63,148 nt of DNA from an uncultured Eubacteriales bacterium (GCA_964652895.1 CAZZCH010000007.1:1-63148); one strand, 5' to 3'; shown: positions 31,654 to 42,465, counted from the first letter of the stretch. The notes: generated by a model from the sequence alone, not told the origin. Made by a program: numbers and translations.

Positions 31654-32942
31654 AAAGATTCCTCAACCTTCTCAAAAAAGAGATCAAGGAGCTGGTGACC
31701 CCTCAATTAGTCATCTCCCTCGCCTTGACCATCCTCCTGTTCAACTTCGTCGGCCAGATGAGCCGCAAGGAAGTCCAGAAGGCCATCGGCGTCCAAAATA
31801 TTTCTGCGCTCGACTTGGACCGTTCCGCTGCATCCCAGGCCATCCTGACGGGGCTCGAGTCGGCCCGCTTCAAGATCGAGCGGCTCGAGGGAAAGACCAA
31901 GGAGCAGGCCATCGATATCGCCCGCGGCGGGGATTCGAAGCTTCTCATCGTCATCCCGGCCGGCTTCGGCGAATCGCTCCAGAATCTTAAGCCCGAGACG
32001 ATCGAGACTTACTCTTATATGCGCAGCTTTTCCCTTATCGGCGCGAGCGGCTCGGCCATAGTGGGCAGCGTCATCTCCGCCCTCAACAACGTCCTCTCCA
32101 ACAAGTTCCTGAAGGAACGGCTCCCCGACCTCGACCCGCAGAGCCTCAAGAACCCCATCAAGAGCAAGGACTTCGTCATCGTCCATAACCGGATGGCCGA
32201 GGCTTCGGCCTCCGAGATCGCCAACAGGGTCAGGTCTCAGTCCATGCTCATCCCCATCGTCTTGATGATGATCGTCATGTACTCCTCGCAAATGGTCATC
32301 TCGGCCGTGGCCATGGAGAAGCAAAACAAGACGTTGGAAACCCTGCTGACCGTGCCCATCCGCAGGACCTCGATCATCACCGCCAAGATGCTAGCGGCCG
32401 GGCTCGTCGGCTTGATCTCGGCCGTCGTCTACATGTTCGGCTTCAAGGGTTTCATGGGCGGCATCGGCGGCGACGAGCTCAAGGCGGCCTCGTCCCAGGG
32501 CGGCGCCGTCATGCGCCAGCTGGGACTTTATTTCGACACGTCCGGCTACATCATCCTCGGAGCGGCCCTCTTCCTGGCCATCCTGGTCGCCCTGGCCCTG
32601 GCCATGATCCTCGGCGTCCTGGCCGAAGACTTCCGCAGCGCTCAGAACATGATCATGCCCCTGATGTTCATGGTCATGATCCCCTACTTCCTGTCCCTTT
32701 TCGCCGATATCAATACGGCCTCCCTGCCGGTTAAGATCTTCCTTCTGGTCATCCCCTTTTCCCATCCCTTCCTGGTGTCGCAGAACCTCTACCTCGGCAA
32801 CTACGGCATGATCTTCGGCGGGCTGGCCTACATGCTGGTCGTCTTCACCGTGCTGGTCGTCTTCGCCGCCCGGATCTTCTCGACCGACAAGATCTTGACC
32901 ATGAAGCTGCGCTTCGGCAAGAAAAGAGGAGTCACCGCTTGA
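31650..32942 (+). CDS. ABC-2 permease (NatB-like)
   Basis: EKQNKTLETLLTVP; 1+5 TM layout. Confidence 0.9.
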   Translation: MKRFLNLLKKEIKELVTPQLVISLALTILLFNFVGQMSRKEVQKAIGVQNISALDLDRSAASQAILTGLESARFKIERLEGKTKEQAIDIARGGDSKLLIVIPAGFGESLQNLKPETIETYSYMRSFSLIGASGSAIVGSVISALNNVLSNKFLKERLPDLDPQSLKNPIKSKDFVIVHNRMAEASASEIANRVRSQSMLIPIVLMMIVMYSSQMVISAVAMEKQNKTLETLLTVPIRRTSIITAKMLAAGLVGLISAVVYMFGFKGFMGGIGGDELKAASSQGGAVMRQLGLYFDTSGYIILGAALFLAILVALALAMILGVLAEDFRSAQNMIMPLMFMVMIPYFLSLFADINTASLPVKIFLLVIPFSHPFLVSQNLYLGNYGMIFGGLAYMLVVFTVLVVFAARIFSTDKILTMKLRFGKKRGVTA

Positions 32943-33124
32943 GTGGGCTAGAAAACCGGTTTGGATCGCTTTGGAGCTGACGGGAAGAGCCGGCGAGATT
33001 GCGCCGGGGTGTGGACGCTCTTCATCGCCCTGCCGGACATCGTGACGAAGAAGTATGTCAGCGAGACGGTCAGGCTGGAGAAGCTCCGGACCATCATCCG
33101 CCACCCCGTGGAAAAGGCCAAGCG

Positions 33125-34228
33125 ATGAACGGCTTCGATTTCCACCTGCCCACGAAAATCCTGTTCGGGACGGGGCGGGTCCGGGACATCGGCTCCCACA
33201 TCCCCGACGAGGCGCGCCGCGTTCTCGTCGTCACCGACCGGGGAGTGGCGACTCGAACGCCGGCCTTGGACGCCGTGAGGCGGGGGTTGGAGGGACGCGA
33301 CGTTCGGGTTTTCGACGGAGTGGAGGAGAATCCCTCACTGGCCACGGTCGAGGCCGGCACAAAAGAAGCCAGGGATTTCGGCGCCCAGCTCATCGTCGGG
33401 CTCGGCGGCGGGTCGCCCATGGACGCGGCCAAGGGTATCGCTCTTGCCGCCGTCCACGACGGCGCCCTGAAGGGGCTGCTAGCCGGCGATCAGCCCTCGC
33501 AACCCGCACTTCCGGTTATCGCCGTCCCCACAACATCCGGCACGGGGAGTGAAGTCACGCCTTATGCCGTTTTCACCGACCCCCAGGCCGGAAACAAGGT
33601 CGGTTACGGCCACCCCTCGATCTTCCCCGCGGTAGCGATCATCGACCCCGACCTCTCGGCGGGCATGCCCGAAACCGTGGCCCTCAATACCGGCCTCGAT
33701 GTTTTGGCCCACGCCGTGGAGGCCTATCTCTCGACGATCGCTTCTCCCCTGAGCGATACCCTGGCGCTCGAGGCCGCCAAGGCCGTGCTCGCCCACCTCG
33801 CTCCCGCCGTCCGCAAGGTCCCCGAGTCCATCGACCGGATGGCCTACGCGGCGATGCTGGCCGGAGTAGCCATCACCCACGGAAGCACAATCCTGCCCCA
33901 CATTATGGGCTATCCCCTGACGGTTTCTCACAAGGTGCCGCACGGCCGGGCCAGCGCCCTTCTCCTGGCACCGGTTCTCGTTTTCCTTCGCCGCGCGGGC
34001 CGCGTCCCCGAACGTATCCGGACGATCGACGGGCTCTTTGCCCCGCTTGGAGGGATCACGGCCTATCTAAGCGGGCTGGGCGTTTCCACCAGGCTCTCTG
34101 ACTACGGCGTCCGCGAGGACGAGATCCTCGATTTCGCCCGTAAGACGATCGTCAAGGGCGACGTGCGCATCACGCCCGCGGAAGTGACCGCGGCGGATCT
34201 GGCGGGAATCTACCGGTCCGCCCTCTGA
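33125..34228 (+). CDS. Iron-containing alcohol dehydrogenase
   Basis: GLGGGSPMDAAK, PTTSGTGSEVT, D..H.VE, H...H ligands; start adjusted to MNGFDF. Confidence 0.92.
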   Translation: MNGFDFHLPTKILFGTGRVRDIGSHIPDEARRVLVVTDRGVATRTPALDAVRRGLEGRDVRVFDGVEENPSLATVEAGTKEARDFGAQLIVGLGGGSPMDAAKGIALAAVHDGALKGLLAGDQPSQPALPVIAVPTTSGTGSEVTPYAVFTDPQAGNKVGYGHPSIFPAVAIIDPDLSAGMPETVALNTGLDVLAHAVEAYLSTIASPLSDTLALEAAKAVLAHLAPAVRKVPESIDRMAYAAMLAGVAITHGSTILPHIMGYPLTVSHKVPHGRASALLLAPVLVFLRRAGRVPERIRTIDGLFAPLGGITAYLSGLGVSTRLSDYGVREDEILDFARKTIVKGDVRITPAEVTAADLAGIYRSAL

Positions 34229-34243
34229 AGCGGCCGCCGTTTT

Positions 34244-35377
34244 TTATTTTTCCCAGCGGACCCGGCAGCACCTGAGGGTTTTGTATCCGTCTTCATCTTC
34301 CACAAAGAAATAGGCCTTTCCGTCCCGCCAGAGCCGGATTTCATGGACGATGGGAACCTTGGCGATATAGCGGCCTTCGGCGTCGAAAACGTCCCAATAA
34401 TACTCTTTTTTCACCCGTCCCTTTTCATACGTTCTCACCAGGAGGCGCCCCTCGTCGGCCAGGACGAAACTGCCGAAGGGCGGGAAATAGTCCGGAAACA
34501 GGATCATGTCCTTGACGTTGACGCCGGAGACGTTGGGGATGAGCGCCAGCATCTCGTCCTTGTCCTTTTGGGTGATGGCGACCGGGTCGTACTCCCGGCC
34601 GATCGTCTTGAGGAGTTGGCCCTCAAAGGAGAGGATCTTGATCTCATAACCGCGCTGACCGTTGAAATAGAGGAAGCCTTGGCCGTCGAGCTCATAATTG
34701 AGGTTCATCGCCGAGAAAGGATTGATCTTGGCCTGCAGGGAGATCGGGAACTCGAAAGACGTCAGCTTGATCTTCGGGTTGAGGTCCTTGTCGTACGTTT
34801 TGACGTCCATCGACATCTTGCCGGCCTCGCCCAGGCCCATGGAACGGGCGACGATCCGGCCCAGGCTGTCCATCCTAATTCCGGATAGTCCTAAGGCCTT
34901 CCCCGTGGAGATATGCCGGCTAAACGTTCCGTCGAGGGCGAAAATCGCCAGCCGCTGGTTGAGGGCGTCTTCGACAAGGACTTCATTCTCCGGCGTTATG
35001 AGAATTCCCACCGGCTGGTTCAATTCCCCGGGGCCCTGGCCGGCTCTGCCGAAGGCCCGTAAGAACTTGCCTGTGGCGTCGAAGGCCTTGACCCGGCTGT
35101 CCTTCGTGTCGAGAACATATACCGTCCCGTCCTTAAGGACGTCCAAAGCCGAGATCTCGACGAATGACGAGTCGGGCGCATCGCCGCCGCCGACCGTATA
35201 GATCTCCTCGAGGATCAGTTTGGTCGGCGCGCCCTTCGGCGGGTCCGGTTTCTTGCCGTTCGTGACGATCGTGACGCCGTTCTCGGTCTTGACTTTATAC
35301 TGGCCGGCCAGGGCCGAGACGATGATGGCCAAGGAGCCTAGAACGACGAAAACCACCCTTCCTTTTCGCATGTTCAT
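34244..35377 (-). CDS. Secreted 6-bladed beta-propeller (NHL-like)
   Basis: FGRAGQGPGEL motif, DVFDAEGRY; signal peptide. Confidence 0.85.
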   Translation of the reverse strand: MNMRKGRVVFVVLGSLAIIVSALAGQYKVKTENGVTIVTNGKKPDPPKGAPTKLILEEIYTVGGGDAPDSSFVEISALDVLKDGTVYVLDTKDSRVKAFDATGKFLRAFGRAGQGPGELNQPVGILITPENEVLVEDALNQRLAIFALDGTFSRHISTGKALGLSGIRMDSLGRIVARSMGLGEAGKMSMDVKTYDKDLNPKIKLTSFEFPISLQAKINPFSAMNLNYELDGQGFLYFNGQRGYEIKILSFEGQLLKTIGREYDPVAITQKDKDEMLALIPNVSGVNVKDMILFPDYFPPFGSFVLADEGRLLVRTYEKGRVKKEYYWDVFDAEGRYIAKVPIVHEIRLWRDGKAYFFVEDEDGYKTLRCCRVRWEK

Positions 35378-35528
35378 GGGGGACCTCACAGGGAGAGAAA
35401 TCCGTCCTTTTCGTTCCTCAATAACACCCCTGCTCTTATGGGACGATGATAATCCCGGCCCTTGAGCGATGTCAAGAAGGGCGCGTCCGGCGCCGGGCGA
35501 GAGGCCCGCGCCGGACCGCGGTCCCGGG

Positions 35529-36194
35529 TCAAACGATCTTTTTCAGCTCGAGATGGAACCAGCCGGCCTCGTCTTTCCGGGCGACGACCTCGAAGCCCGC
35601 CGCCTTGGCCAGCTCCAGGAAATGATCCGCCCCCTGCCCTTCGTTGATCTTCACGCCGTAGCCGGTATTGATCGATTTCTCGGGCAGCTGGATGTGGAGA
35701 GGGTACATGACGCTCAGCTGAGCCGGGTCGGTCTTCTGGGGAAACACGACGTCCCAGACGAGAAGCCGGCCCCCGGGCCGGAGGACGCGGTAGATCTCCT
35801 GGAAGACCTTGGCGTGGTCTGCCGGCGCGATATACATGAAGGTGAAGAAAACGGTGGCCGTGTCGAACGTCTTGTCCAGGAACTTGAGGTCCCGGGCGTC
35901 CATGACGATCTTGATCAACGGTTCGCCGGGGGCCTCTTCGAGCTCACGCTTGCTGAGGTCGATGGCGACGACCTGCTTTCCCTTGAGCTGGCCGATGACT
36001 CCCTCTCCTCCGCCCCCGATATCCAGGACGAGCCCCTGGGCCGGAAAATCGGGGACTACGACTTCGAGTTTCGCGTGCACGATCATCTGGCCGGGTTTGG
36101 GACGTTCCTGAGCGGTCAGGACAAGCCCGGCGGCAAAGAGGATACAGCTAAGCCCCAACACGACAGCGGACCTTCGTTGTTTTCCACCAAACAT
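35529..36194 (-). CDS. Class I SAM-dependent methyltransferase
   Basis: VLDIGGGGEG, MDARDLKF, EIYRVLRPGG; hydrophobic signal-like N-terminus. Confidence 0.85.
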   Translation of the reverse strand: MFGGKQRRSAVVLGLSCILFAAGLVLTAQERPKPGQMIVHAKLEVVVPDFPAQGLVLDIGGGGEGVIGQLKGKQVVAIDLSKRELEEAPGEPLIKIVMDARDLKFLDKTFDTATVFFTFMYIAPADHAKVFQEIYRVLRPGGRLLVWDVVFPQKTDPAQLSVMYPLHIQLPEKSINTGYGVKINEGQGADHFLELAKAAGFEVVARKDEAGWFHLELKKIV

Positions 36195-36286
36195 GGGAAT
36201 CTCCTCTATCGACGGACTACGAAGGGAATCGAAGTTCCCTTCATTCCGGTAATACGCTACCGTTTGGCGAATTGTTTCGGTCCGGG

Positions 36287-36877
36287 TCAGCTTTTCTTGA
36301 CCCAGGCGCCGTCTTCCTGCTGGATCCACCAGCCGGCCGCGGCGCTCTTGATCCAGCTCTCGGCGAAGATCTTCTGGATGCGCTCGATCTGGCTGGCCTC
36401 GATGTTGAGGGACTTGGCCACTTCCGCGTAAAGCTTCGTCCGGTCGCCGTTCTCGTCCTTGACCAGGTTGCGCAGGGCCGCCTTGGCCTGGAGGTTGAGT
36501 CCGGTTTCGTCCCGGACGTCGAGCAAGCCCTTGTTCGTCTCACCGATGTTGCCGCCGTCGAAATAGGGCTTGAGCGCGGGGAAGCGGTTCTTCATGGCCT
36601 CCTTGAGGGCCCGGATGGCCGGCGTCGAAACGCTCGTCGCTTCCTGGGCGTAGGCGGCGGGGACGAACGCGAACGGGGCGGGATCGGGGAGCGCGGCCAG
36701 TTTCTCGACGGCTTCCTGGCCGCTCTTCTCCGCGTCCTTTTTGCGGATCTCGTCGACGATCTGCTCGGCGGCCTGCTTGACCGTCGCTTCCGGGAAGTAG
36801 ATGTTGACCGTGATGCAGGCCAGGACGAAGACGAGGCCCACGACCGCGATGCTGCCTACGGTGTATCGTTTTCTCAT
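36287..36877 (-). CDS. YdbL/DUF1318-family lipoprotein
   Basis: Lipobox VLAC-ITVNIYFP; IGETNKGLL, ENGDR..LY, GWWIQ...W. Confidence 0.85.
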   Translation of the reverse strand: MRKRYTVGSIAVVGLVFVLACITVNIYFPEATVKQAAEQIVDEIRKKDAEKSGQEAVEKLAALPDPAPFAFVPAAYAQEATSVSTPAIRALKEAMKNRFPALKPYFDGGNIGETNKGLLDVRDETGLNLQAKAALRNLVKDENGDRTKLYAEVAKSLNIEASQIERIQKIFAESWIKSAAAGWWIQQEDGAWVKKS

Positions 36878-36903
36878 GTCGCTGTCCTCCTTACCTTGTG
36901 GGA

Positions 36904-39900
36904 TTATTTTTCGGATCGACCGACCCGTTTGAGCCGGTTCGTCATTTCCTTGAAGCTGATCACCTTGTCGGGCTCCCGGTTAATGACACTTATACCAAAA
37001 AGCGCCGGTTTCTTCACCAGGTATTCGACGCCGCGGTCATGGATCGTGCCGTTCAGGGTGAAGGTGTCGTTGCGGAGCGTGCTGACGAGGCCCAGCTTCT
37101 GATAATGGAAGCCCCGGACGAGGCTCATCCAGAAGCCGCCCGTCCCGGCGGACGCCTGCTGGCCGGAGCTGAGCACCGTCAGATTGTCCACGGCCTTCAG
37201 GCTGAACGTCTGCGCCACCCCCTTGCGCGGCACGGACTCGAGGCGGAACTCGAACCGTTCCGGCTGGCCGTAAGAGATGACCAGGTTGCGGACCTCGCCG
37301 CTGACGATCCCGGTCACCTCGCCGAAGGGGACCTCATCCGTCAGCTTCTTCAGGTCGAGGCCGAGGAGGTCGATGTTGAGCGAGATGGACCGGTTCGCGG
37401 CGAACGGCCTGGCCACGGCGAGGTCGCGGAGGACGACCTTGCCGCCGAAAACATCGGCTTCGCCGCGTCCGGAAATAGCGATCTCCCGGGAGCTGATATC
37501 GAGGCGGGGGAACTCAGCCCGGATCTTGCCGGTCAACTTGAACTGCGGAGATTGGATCGGGAAGCGGGCGATGTCGATCTCGCGGAGGGCCAGGGAGCCG
37601 ATGCCCCGAAGGGCGCCGCTTTGCGCGTCGACGCGGAAGGTCGTCCGGCCGAGTTCGAGCCGGCCGCCGAAAAGCTCCAGGACGAGGGGTTCGATGGCGA
37701 AAGCGTTCGTGCCGACCCGGAGCGACACGGCCACGGGCTTCAAGGTCAGGAAGGGGCTCTGGATCTCGGCGATCCGGAGAAACCCTTCATCGGAGAGCGG
37801 GCTTTCGGGGAGGGCCTGCACGGCGCCTCCGGTCTCGTAATGGATGGGGAGCTCGGCGGCGACGCCCAGAAGCAGAGTTTTCGACGATGGAAGTTCGAGA
37901 CTGGTATCGGCGAGGGTCAGTTTGCCCTTGACCGAGAGCGCGTCGCCTTCCCCCCGGACGAGCAGGCCGGCGCCAAGCGTCCCCTCGACGCTCATCCGGT
38001 TCTCCTGGGCCACCCCGGCCTGGGTGTAGAGGGAGTAGAGCGGCCCGAGGCTCAGGCGGGCGTCCGTGCGCAGGTCGAAGGACGGAGCGGGCCTTAACGA
38101 GATCGAGCCGGCGACGTTGACTTCGCCGATCGTCGGAAAGAAGAAACGCGCCGCGAGTCCGTCGAGTCCGCCCGAGCCGGTGTCGTAGCGCCCGGCAAGG
38201 GTCGCTTTGAGGGGGTGCTTGTTCCAGGAGACGTAGACCGCCTTCCACAGCGATTCGCCCTGGCCGATGTCGAGAGCGCCGGTGAAAGAGATCCCCTTCG
38301 AAGCGCCATAGGCACCTTCGAACTTCAGCACGGGATCGAGCCCTTCGCCTGCAATCGTGAATGACGGGTCGTTGAACCGGACCTGGGCCAGGGCAACGGT
38401 GCCCGAGAATCCGTAGCTTTCCCCCGAAAGGGCCGGACGGACGGCCTCGATCGAAAGGTCGGCCATGCCGCCAAGGTCCCAGCCGGCAAAACTCTCGGGG
38501 ATGAAGGGTGAAGCGAGACCCCGGAGGGCCGGAATGTCCAGGCCATGGCTTTCGAGCTTGACCCGGGCCACGCCCGCTTTCCCCGATCCGTATCGCCCCG
38601 TCACGAAGAGCGGGGCGAGACCGGGGAGCTGGACTTCAAGCGGATCGACGGCCACGGTTTTCCGGTCGAGGTCCAGGCGCGCCTTCCCGGCGAGCGTGAT
38701 CTTATCGAAAGAGATCTTCTTCCCCTCGGCGACGTCGAGATCGACGTTCTTGATCGTGGCCGTGAGCCGGGAGATGTCCGCCGCCTTTTTCGTCGCCGTC
38801 CCGACCAGATGGAGGTCCGAGCCGCCGACGGATAATGCGCCAAGCGCGACCTGGCCGAGGGACGACCGGATGTCGGCCGCGAGGCGGGGAGCGCTCGAAG
38901 GCCCGGACGCGTCGACCCGGCCGGAAAGCTTGACATGGAGAGGCATCCCGCCGAGGACGTGGTCCAATTCCACGCCTTCCAGGGCGAGCGATCCGGTGAG
39001 GCTGTCGTTGGTCTCCTGGCTCGTACGGTGGATCCCGTACTTCCCGGAAAGTTCCACCCGGCCCCGGAGCTTGGCGTTTTGGAACTCCGCGGGCAGACGG
39101 GGCCCGAGGAGTGCGGCCAGGTTCTCGAGGCTGTCGACGCTGGCACGGACCTCGGCCTCGAGGAAAACGCTGTGGCCGAACCTCCCCACGGCCGTGCCGT
39201 CGATATTGAGAAGCCCCGGGACGGCGAGCTTCAACCGGGAGATGAGGAGCTCATTCAGGCCCGCGTCGAACTTGCCCGTCGTCTCGACCGTGAGGCCGGT
39301 GAGGGAATCGTCGATGCCGCCCGCGGCGAACCGCGGCGAGCTGAACGAGAACGCGGCGGCGAGGCCGAAGGGCGAAGCCAGCCGGAGAGTGCCCGACGAG
39401 CTCAGGCCGCTGGCCAGGCTGTAGGCTCCCCCCTTGTCCGTGACGCCGATGTCACAGCGCCCGATGGAATAGGCAACCTCACCGAAAGCATTTCCGGTCG
39501 TCAGGGAGATATAAAAATTCCCCAGGCTCACTTGTTGAGAGGCGAGTGATATCGAAAGACCGGCGTTCACGATCGAGATCCGTTCGGCCCAGGCCAGGGC
39601 GTCGGACGCCTGAACGAGGAGCGCTTCGATGTCCAGCGGCTCTTCGGAAACGGCTTTCTGCTCCAGGAGGAAGACGACGCCGTCGGCTTCGATCGTTTCG
39701 AACGCCGGCTTGCGCCCGCGGACGATCTTCCAGAAATCCCCCCTGGCCTCGAGGCGTTTCAGGGAGATATCCATCTTCTGGAAAGCGGTCTCCTGGCCGA
39801 GCTCGAGCGCGTCGACCGAGAGGCGGAAGGGGAAGAGTGCGTAGTCGAGCTTGCCGATGCGGACCGTCATCCCCGCCCTTTTCGCGAGCTGGCCTTGGAG

Positions 39901-40023
39901 AATATTCCTGACGAGCGGTTTGTCGAAGATGAAAAGGAGCGATGCGGCGACAACGAGGAGGGCGACAAGGCCAAGGACGATGCCCGTTACCTTGAGGGTC
40001 TTCTTCAGCGCTTTCTTCATCAT
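36904..40023 (-). CDS. AsmA-like/YdbH-family bridge lipid-transfer protein
   Basis: N-terminal TM anchor, long beta-rich body, C-terminal FGG.V / F.Y.KLG; next to ydbL. Confidence 0.75.
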   Translation of the reverse strand: MMKKALKKTLKVTGIVLGLVALLVVAASLLFIFDKPLVRNILQGQLAKRAGMTVRIGKLDYALFPFRLSVDALELGQETAFQKMDISLKRLEARGDFWKIVRGRKPAFETIEADGVVFLLEQKAVSEEPLDIEALLVQASDALAWAERISIVNAGLSISLASQQVSLGNFYISLTTGNAFGEVAYSIGRCDIGVTDKGGAYSLASGLSSSGTLRLASPFGLAAAFSFSSPRFAAGGIDDSLTGLTVETTGKFDAGLNELLISRLKLAVPGLLNIDGTAVGRFGHSVFLEAEVRASVDSLENLAALLGPRLPAEFQNAKLRGRVELSGKYGIHRTSQETNDSLTGSLALEGVELDHVLGGMPLHVKLSGRVDASGPSSAPRLAADIRSSLGQVALGALSVGGSDLHLVGTATKKAADISRLTATIKNVDLDVAEGKKISFDKITLAGKARLDLDRKTVAVDPLEVQLPGLAPLFVTGRYGSGKAGVARVKLESHGLDIPALRGLASPFIPESFAGWDLGGMADLSIEAVRPALSGESYGFSGTVALAQVRFNDPSFTIAGEGLDPVLKFEGAYGASKGISFTGALDIGQGESLWKAVYVSWNKHPLKATLAGRYDTGSGGLDGLAARFFFPTIGEVNVAGSISLRPAPSFDLRTDARLSLGPLYSLYTQAGVAQENRMSVEGTLGAGLLVRGEGDALSVKGKLTLADTSLELPSSKTLLLGVAAELPIHYETGGAVQALPESPLSDEGFLRIAEIQSPFLTLKPVAVSLRVGTNAFAIEPLVLELFGGRLELGRTTFRVDAQSGALRGIGSLALREIDIARFPIQSPQFKLTGKIRAEFPRLDISSREIAISGRGEADVFGGKVVLRDLAVARPFAANRSISLNIDLLGLDLKKLTDEVPFGEVTGIVSGEVRNLVISYGQPERFEFRLESVPRKGVAQTFSLKAVDNLTVLSSGQQASAGTGGFWMSLVRGFHYQKLGLVSTLRNDTFTLNGTIHDRGVEYLVKKPALFGISVINREPDKVISFKEMTNRLKRVGRSEK

Positions 40024-40080
40024 GCCGCAGGATGATTATAACATTGTTTAGTCGGCTGAGCTTTCCAGAAGGTTCCAGAA
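39703..40080. repeat. Copy 1 of the ydbH-like 5' end and upstream region
   Basis: Ungapped diverged match to 42459..42836. Confidence 0.95.
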
Positions 40081-40226
40081 AGGGTAAAGCCTACGACCGG
40101 GAGCGGATTCTGAGAAGCGACCAACAGAAGTGCGGCGGAGCAGCCCGGAGGCGCACTTCTGGGAAATATCCGAATGGTAATGAAAAAAGCGTAAAAATCA
40201 ACCTTGGTTCCCTTTTGGTCGGACGA

Positions 40227-42116
40227 TCATCGATCCGAGGCGACAAGCGAAACGCGGCCGTCGAAGTCCGTGACGACCACTTCCCGGCCGCTGAGGGGTG
40301 TAACCGTGTTGAGGAGCGCCACGCCGACCCGGTGCTTCCATTTCAGGGTGCCCGTCGCGCCGTCGAGGGCCAGGAGCAGGCCGTTTTTCGTTCCGTAGAA
40401 AACGACGCCGTCCTTCTCCACGAGCTGGGCCGAATTGATATCGGAGCCGAAACCGGCGTCCGTCTCCCAGACGGCTTCGGAGCCGTCGGCGGAGGGCGAG
40501 ATCGCGGCGATGATGTCCTCGGTCGTCCGGACATAGACGCGTTGGCCGTCTTCCGAGAGCCCTATCGATTCGCGGACGGCCCAATTATCGGTACCCCAGA
40601 TCTCGCGTCCCGTGGCCAGGTCGATGGCCGTCATCCAGGGATCCGGAGCGACGACGAAAACACGCCCGTTCGCGGCGACCGGCCAGCAGGCGGCGGGAGA
40701 ATAGTACGGGCTCGGCTTCTCACCCTGCCACTTCCAGGCGAGCTTGCCGGTCTTCATATCGAGGGCGTAAAGACAGCCGTCCCAGGCGCCGAAGACAACC
40801 TTGCCGTCCGCTACGAGCGGTTTCGTTTCCACGAACCCCTCGATCCCGTCGTTGCTCCAGACGGTCCGGCCGGTGGCCAGATCGATGGCTCGGAAGACGT
40901 GGTCGCTCGAGCCGATATAGACGACGCCGCTGGCGACGCACGCGGCGGCGACGACGGGGCCGCCCGTTACGACTTTCCAGGCAGGCGTTCCGGTCCGGAC
41001 GTCCAAAGCGTAGATCGTCCCATCCGTGCCCCCGAAGACGACCCGATTGCCCCCTGTGGCCGGTGTCGAGTAGACGGGATCGTCCGTCTTGAACTCCCAG
41101 GCGATGCTGCCGTCGGTGATACGGAGGGCGCGTACGGCCCCCGAGGCGTCGCCGAAGACGACGGTCTCGCCGGCGGCGGAGGCCGCGGACGCGATCGTCC
41201 AGCCCGCGTCGAAACGCCAGCGCACGCGGACCTGAGGAAAAAGTTGGTTGACGGCAAAATCAGGCCGGGGCGTGAGGCCGGCGGGCCGGCCCGCCGCGAC
41301 GATCGGAAGACCGCCCTTCTTGAGCACGATCTGATGCCACGGAGGGCGCGTCTTGCCCGCGGTCCTTTCGGCGAAGGTCATGGCCTTGGCCCCGACCTCC
41401 ACGATCGTGTAGCCGGAGGCCGCTTCTTTCGTGCCCAGGTTGGCCCGGCCCATGACACCTTGCAGGCCTTCGAAGTCCATAGCCCGGTTCTTGTGGCCGT
41501 GCCCGACCAGAACCGCGACCGTGGGGATCGTTTTCAGCTTGTCCAGGACGACGTACCAGTTGGCGATGCTCTCATCGAGGGGATAGTGGCTGACGAAGAC
41601 GGTCGGTTTCGTCGCCCCGCCCGGCTCCGCCAGGAGGCCCTCCAGCCAGCGGACGTCCTGGGGCGCCCAATTTCCGTCGCCCATCCTCAGGACGGGCCCC
41701 TGGGAGAGCCCGATGAACCGGAAGCCGCCGCTCTCGAAGGCGAAGCGGTCGGAGCCCCAGAGCCGCGTGAAATCCGAGCCGCCCGATCCCGACCATTTCG
41801 TGTCGTGATTGCCGGGGATGATGTGATAGGGAACGCGGAGGCCGTCGAGGATGTCCTTGGCCAGACGGAGATTCGTGTAGGATCCCATTTCGGCGATGTC
41901 CCCCGTCACCAAGACAAAAGACAGGCCGGGCCGGGCGTTGATGTCCGAGACGGAGGCCCGGAGGTCATCGGCGCCGCGGTCCGATCCGACATGCGTATCG
42001 CTCAGCCAGGCGAAGCGAAGTGGCCCGCGCGGAGCGGCGGGGCTGGCGGCCATCAGGAGGACGACGAGTGCGGTGCAGATGACGGCCGCCACCGTCCAGG
42101 TCTTCTTCGCCGCCAT
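40227..42116 (-). CDS. Calcineurin-like metallophosphoesterase fused to PQQ/BamB-like beta-propeller
   Basis: SDTH, TGD, PGNHD, SHYP, GHGH; repeated LD..TG...W. Confidence 0.9.
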   Translation of the reverse strand: MAAKKTWTVAAVICTALVVLLMAASPAAPRGPLRFAWLSDTHVGSDRGADDLRASVSDINARPGLSFVLVTGDIAEMGSYTNLRLAKDILDGLRVPYHIIPGNHDTKWSGSGGSDFTRLWGSDRFAFESGGFRFIGLSQGPVLRMGDGNWAPQDVRWLEGLLAEPGGATKPTVFVSHYPLDESIANWYVVLDKLKTIPTVAVLVGHGHKNRAMDFEGLQGVMGRANLGTKEAASGYTIVEVGAKAMTFAERTAGKTRPPWHQIVLKKGGLPIVAAGRPAGLTPRPDFAVNQLFPQVRVRWRFDAGWTIASAASAAGETVVFGDASGAVRALRITDGSIAWEFKTDDPVYSTPATGGNRVVFGGTDGTIYALDVRTGTPAWKVVTGGPVVAAACVASGVVYIGSSDHVFRAIDLATGRTVWSNDGIEGFVETKPLVADGKVVFGAWDGCLYALDMKTGKLAWKWQGEKPSPYYSPAACWPVAANGRVFVVAPDPWMTAIDLATGREIWGTDNWAVRESIGLSEDGQRVYVRTTEDIIAAISPSADGSEAVWETDAGFGSDINSAQLVEKDGVVFYGTKNGLLLALDGATGTLKWKHRVGVALLNTVTPLSGREVVVTDFDGRVSLVASDR

Positions 42117-42247
42117 CCTGTCTTCTCCTCGCACGGCTCGATCGCGTACCCGATCAAATCCTATGGCCACTCCCTCACGATGTCAACCGGCGTGTGCCAC
42201 GTAATGGACCGCCCCATACCGTCCGTGCGATCGGATACGTTCGGCGG

Positions 42248-42465
42248 ATTGACTCCCTTCGGCCCAAGGGGTAATCTAAGGCCAACTCAAGACACCTATC
42301 ACGGGGAGACCCACGATGTCTCAAAACGCATGGGAAAGACGGGATTTCCTTAAATCGCTCCTGGCCGGAATGCCGCTCCTCGCTTGGGACTGGAACGCCT
42401 TTCCGCGCGGCGGCCAGGACAAAACCCCGCCGGGGACTTACGACGCCATCGTCATCGGCGCCGGC
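42248..42465 (+). pseudogene. Truncated duplicate of the promoter and first 50 codons of the FAD oxidoreductase gene
   Basis: Matches 44846..45064; about the last 130 bp are identical. Confidence 0.92.

Noticed and set aside
40125-40161. 10-bp stem CAGAAGTGCG/CGCACTTCTG
   Set aside because: Single hairpin downstream of a gene; could be a terminator, with nothing further to support it
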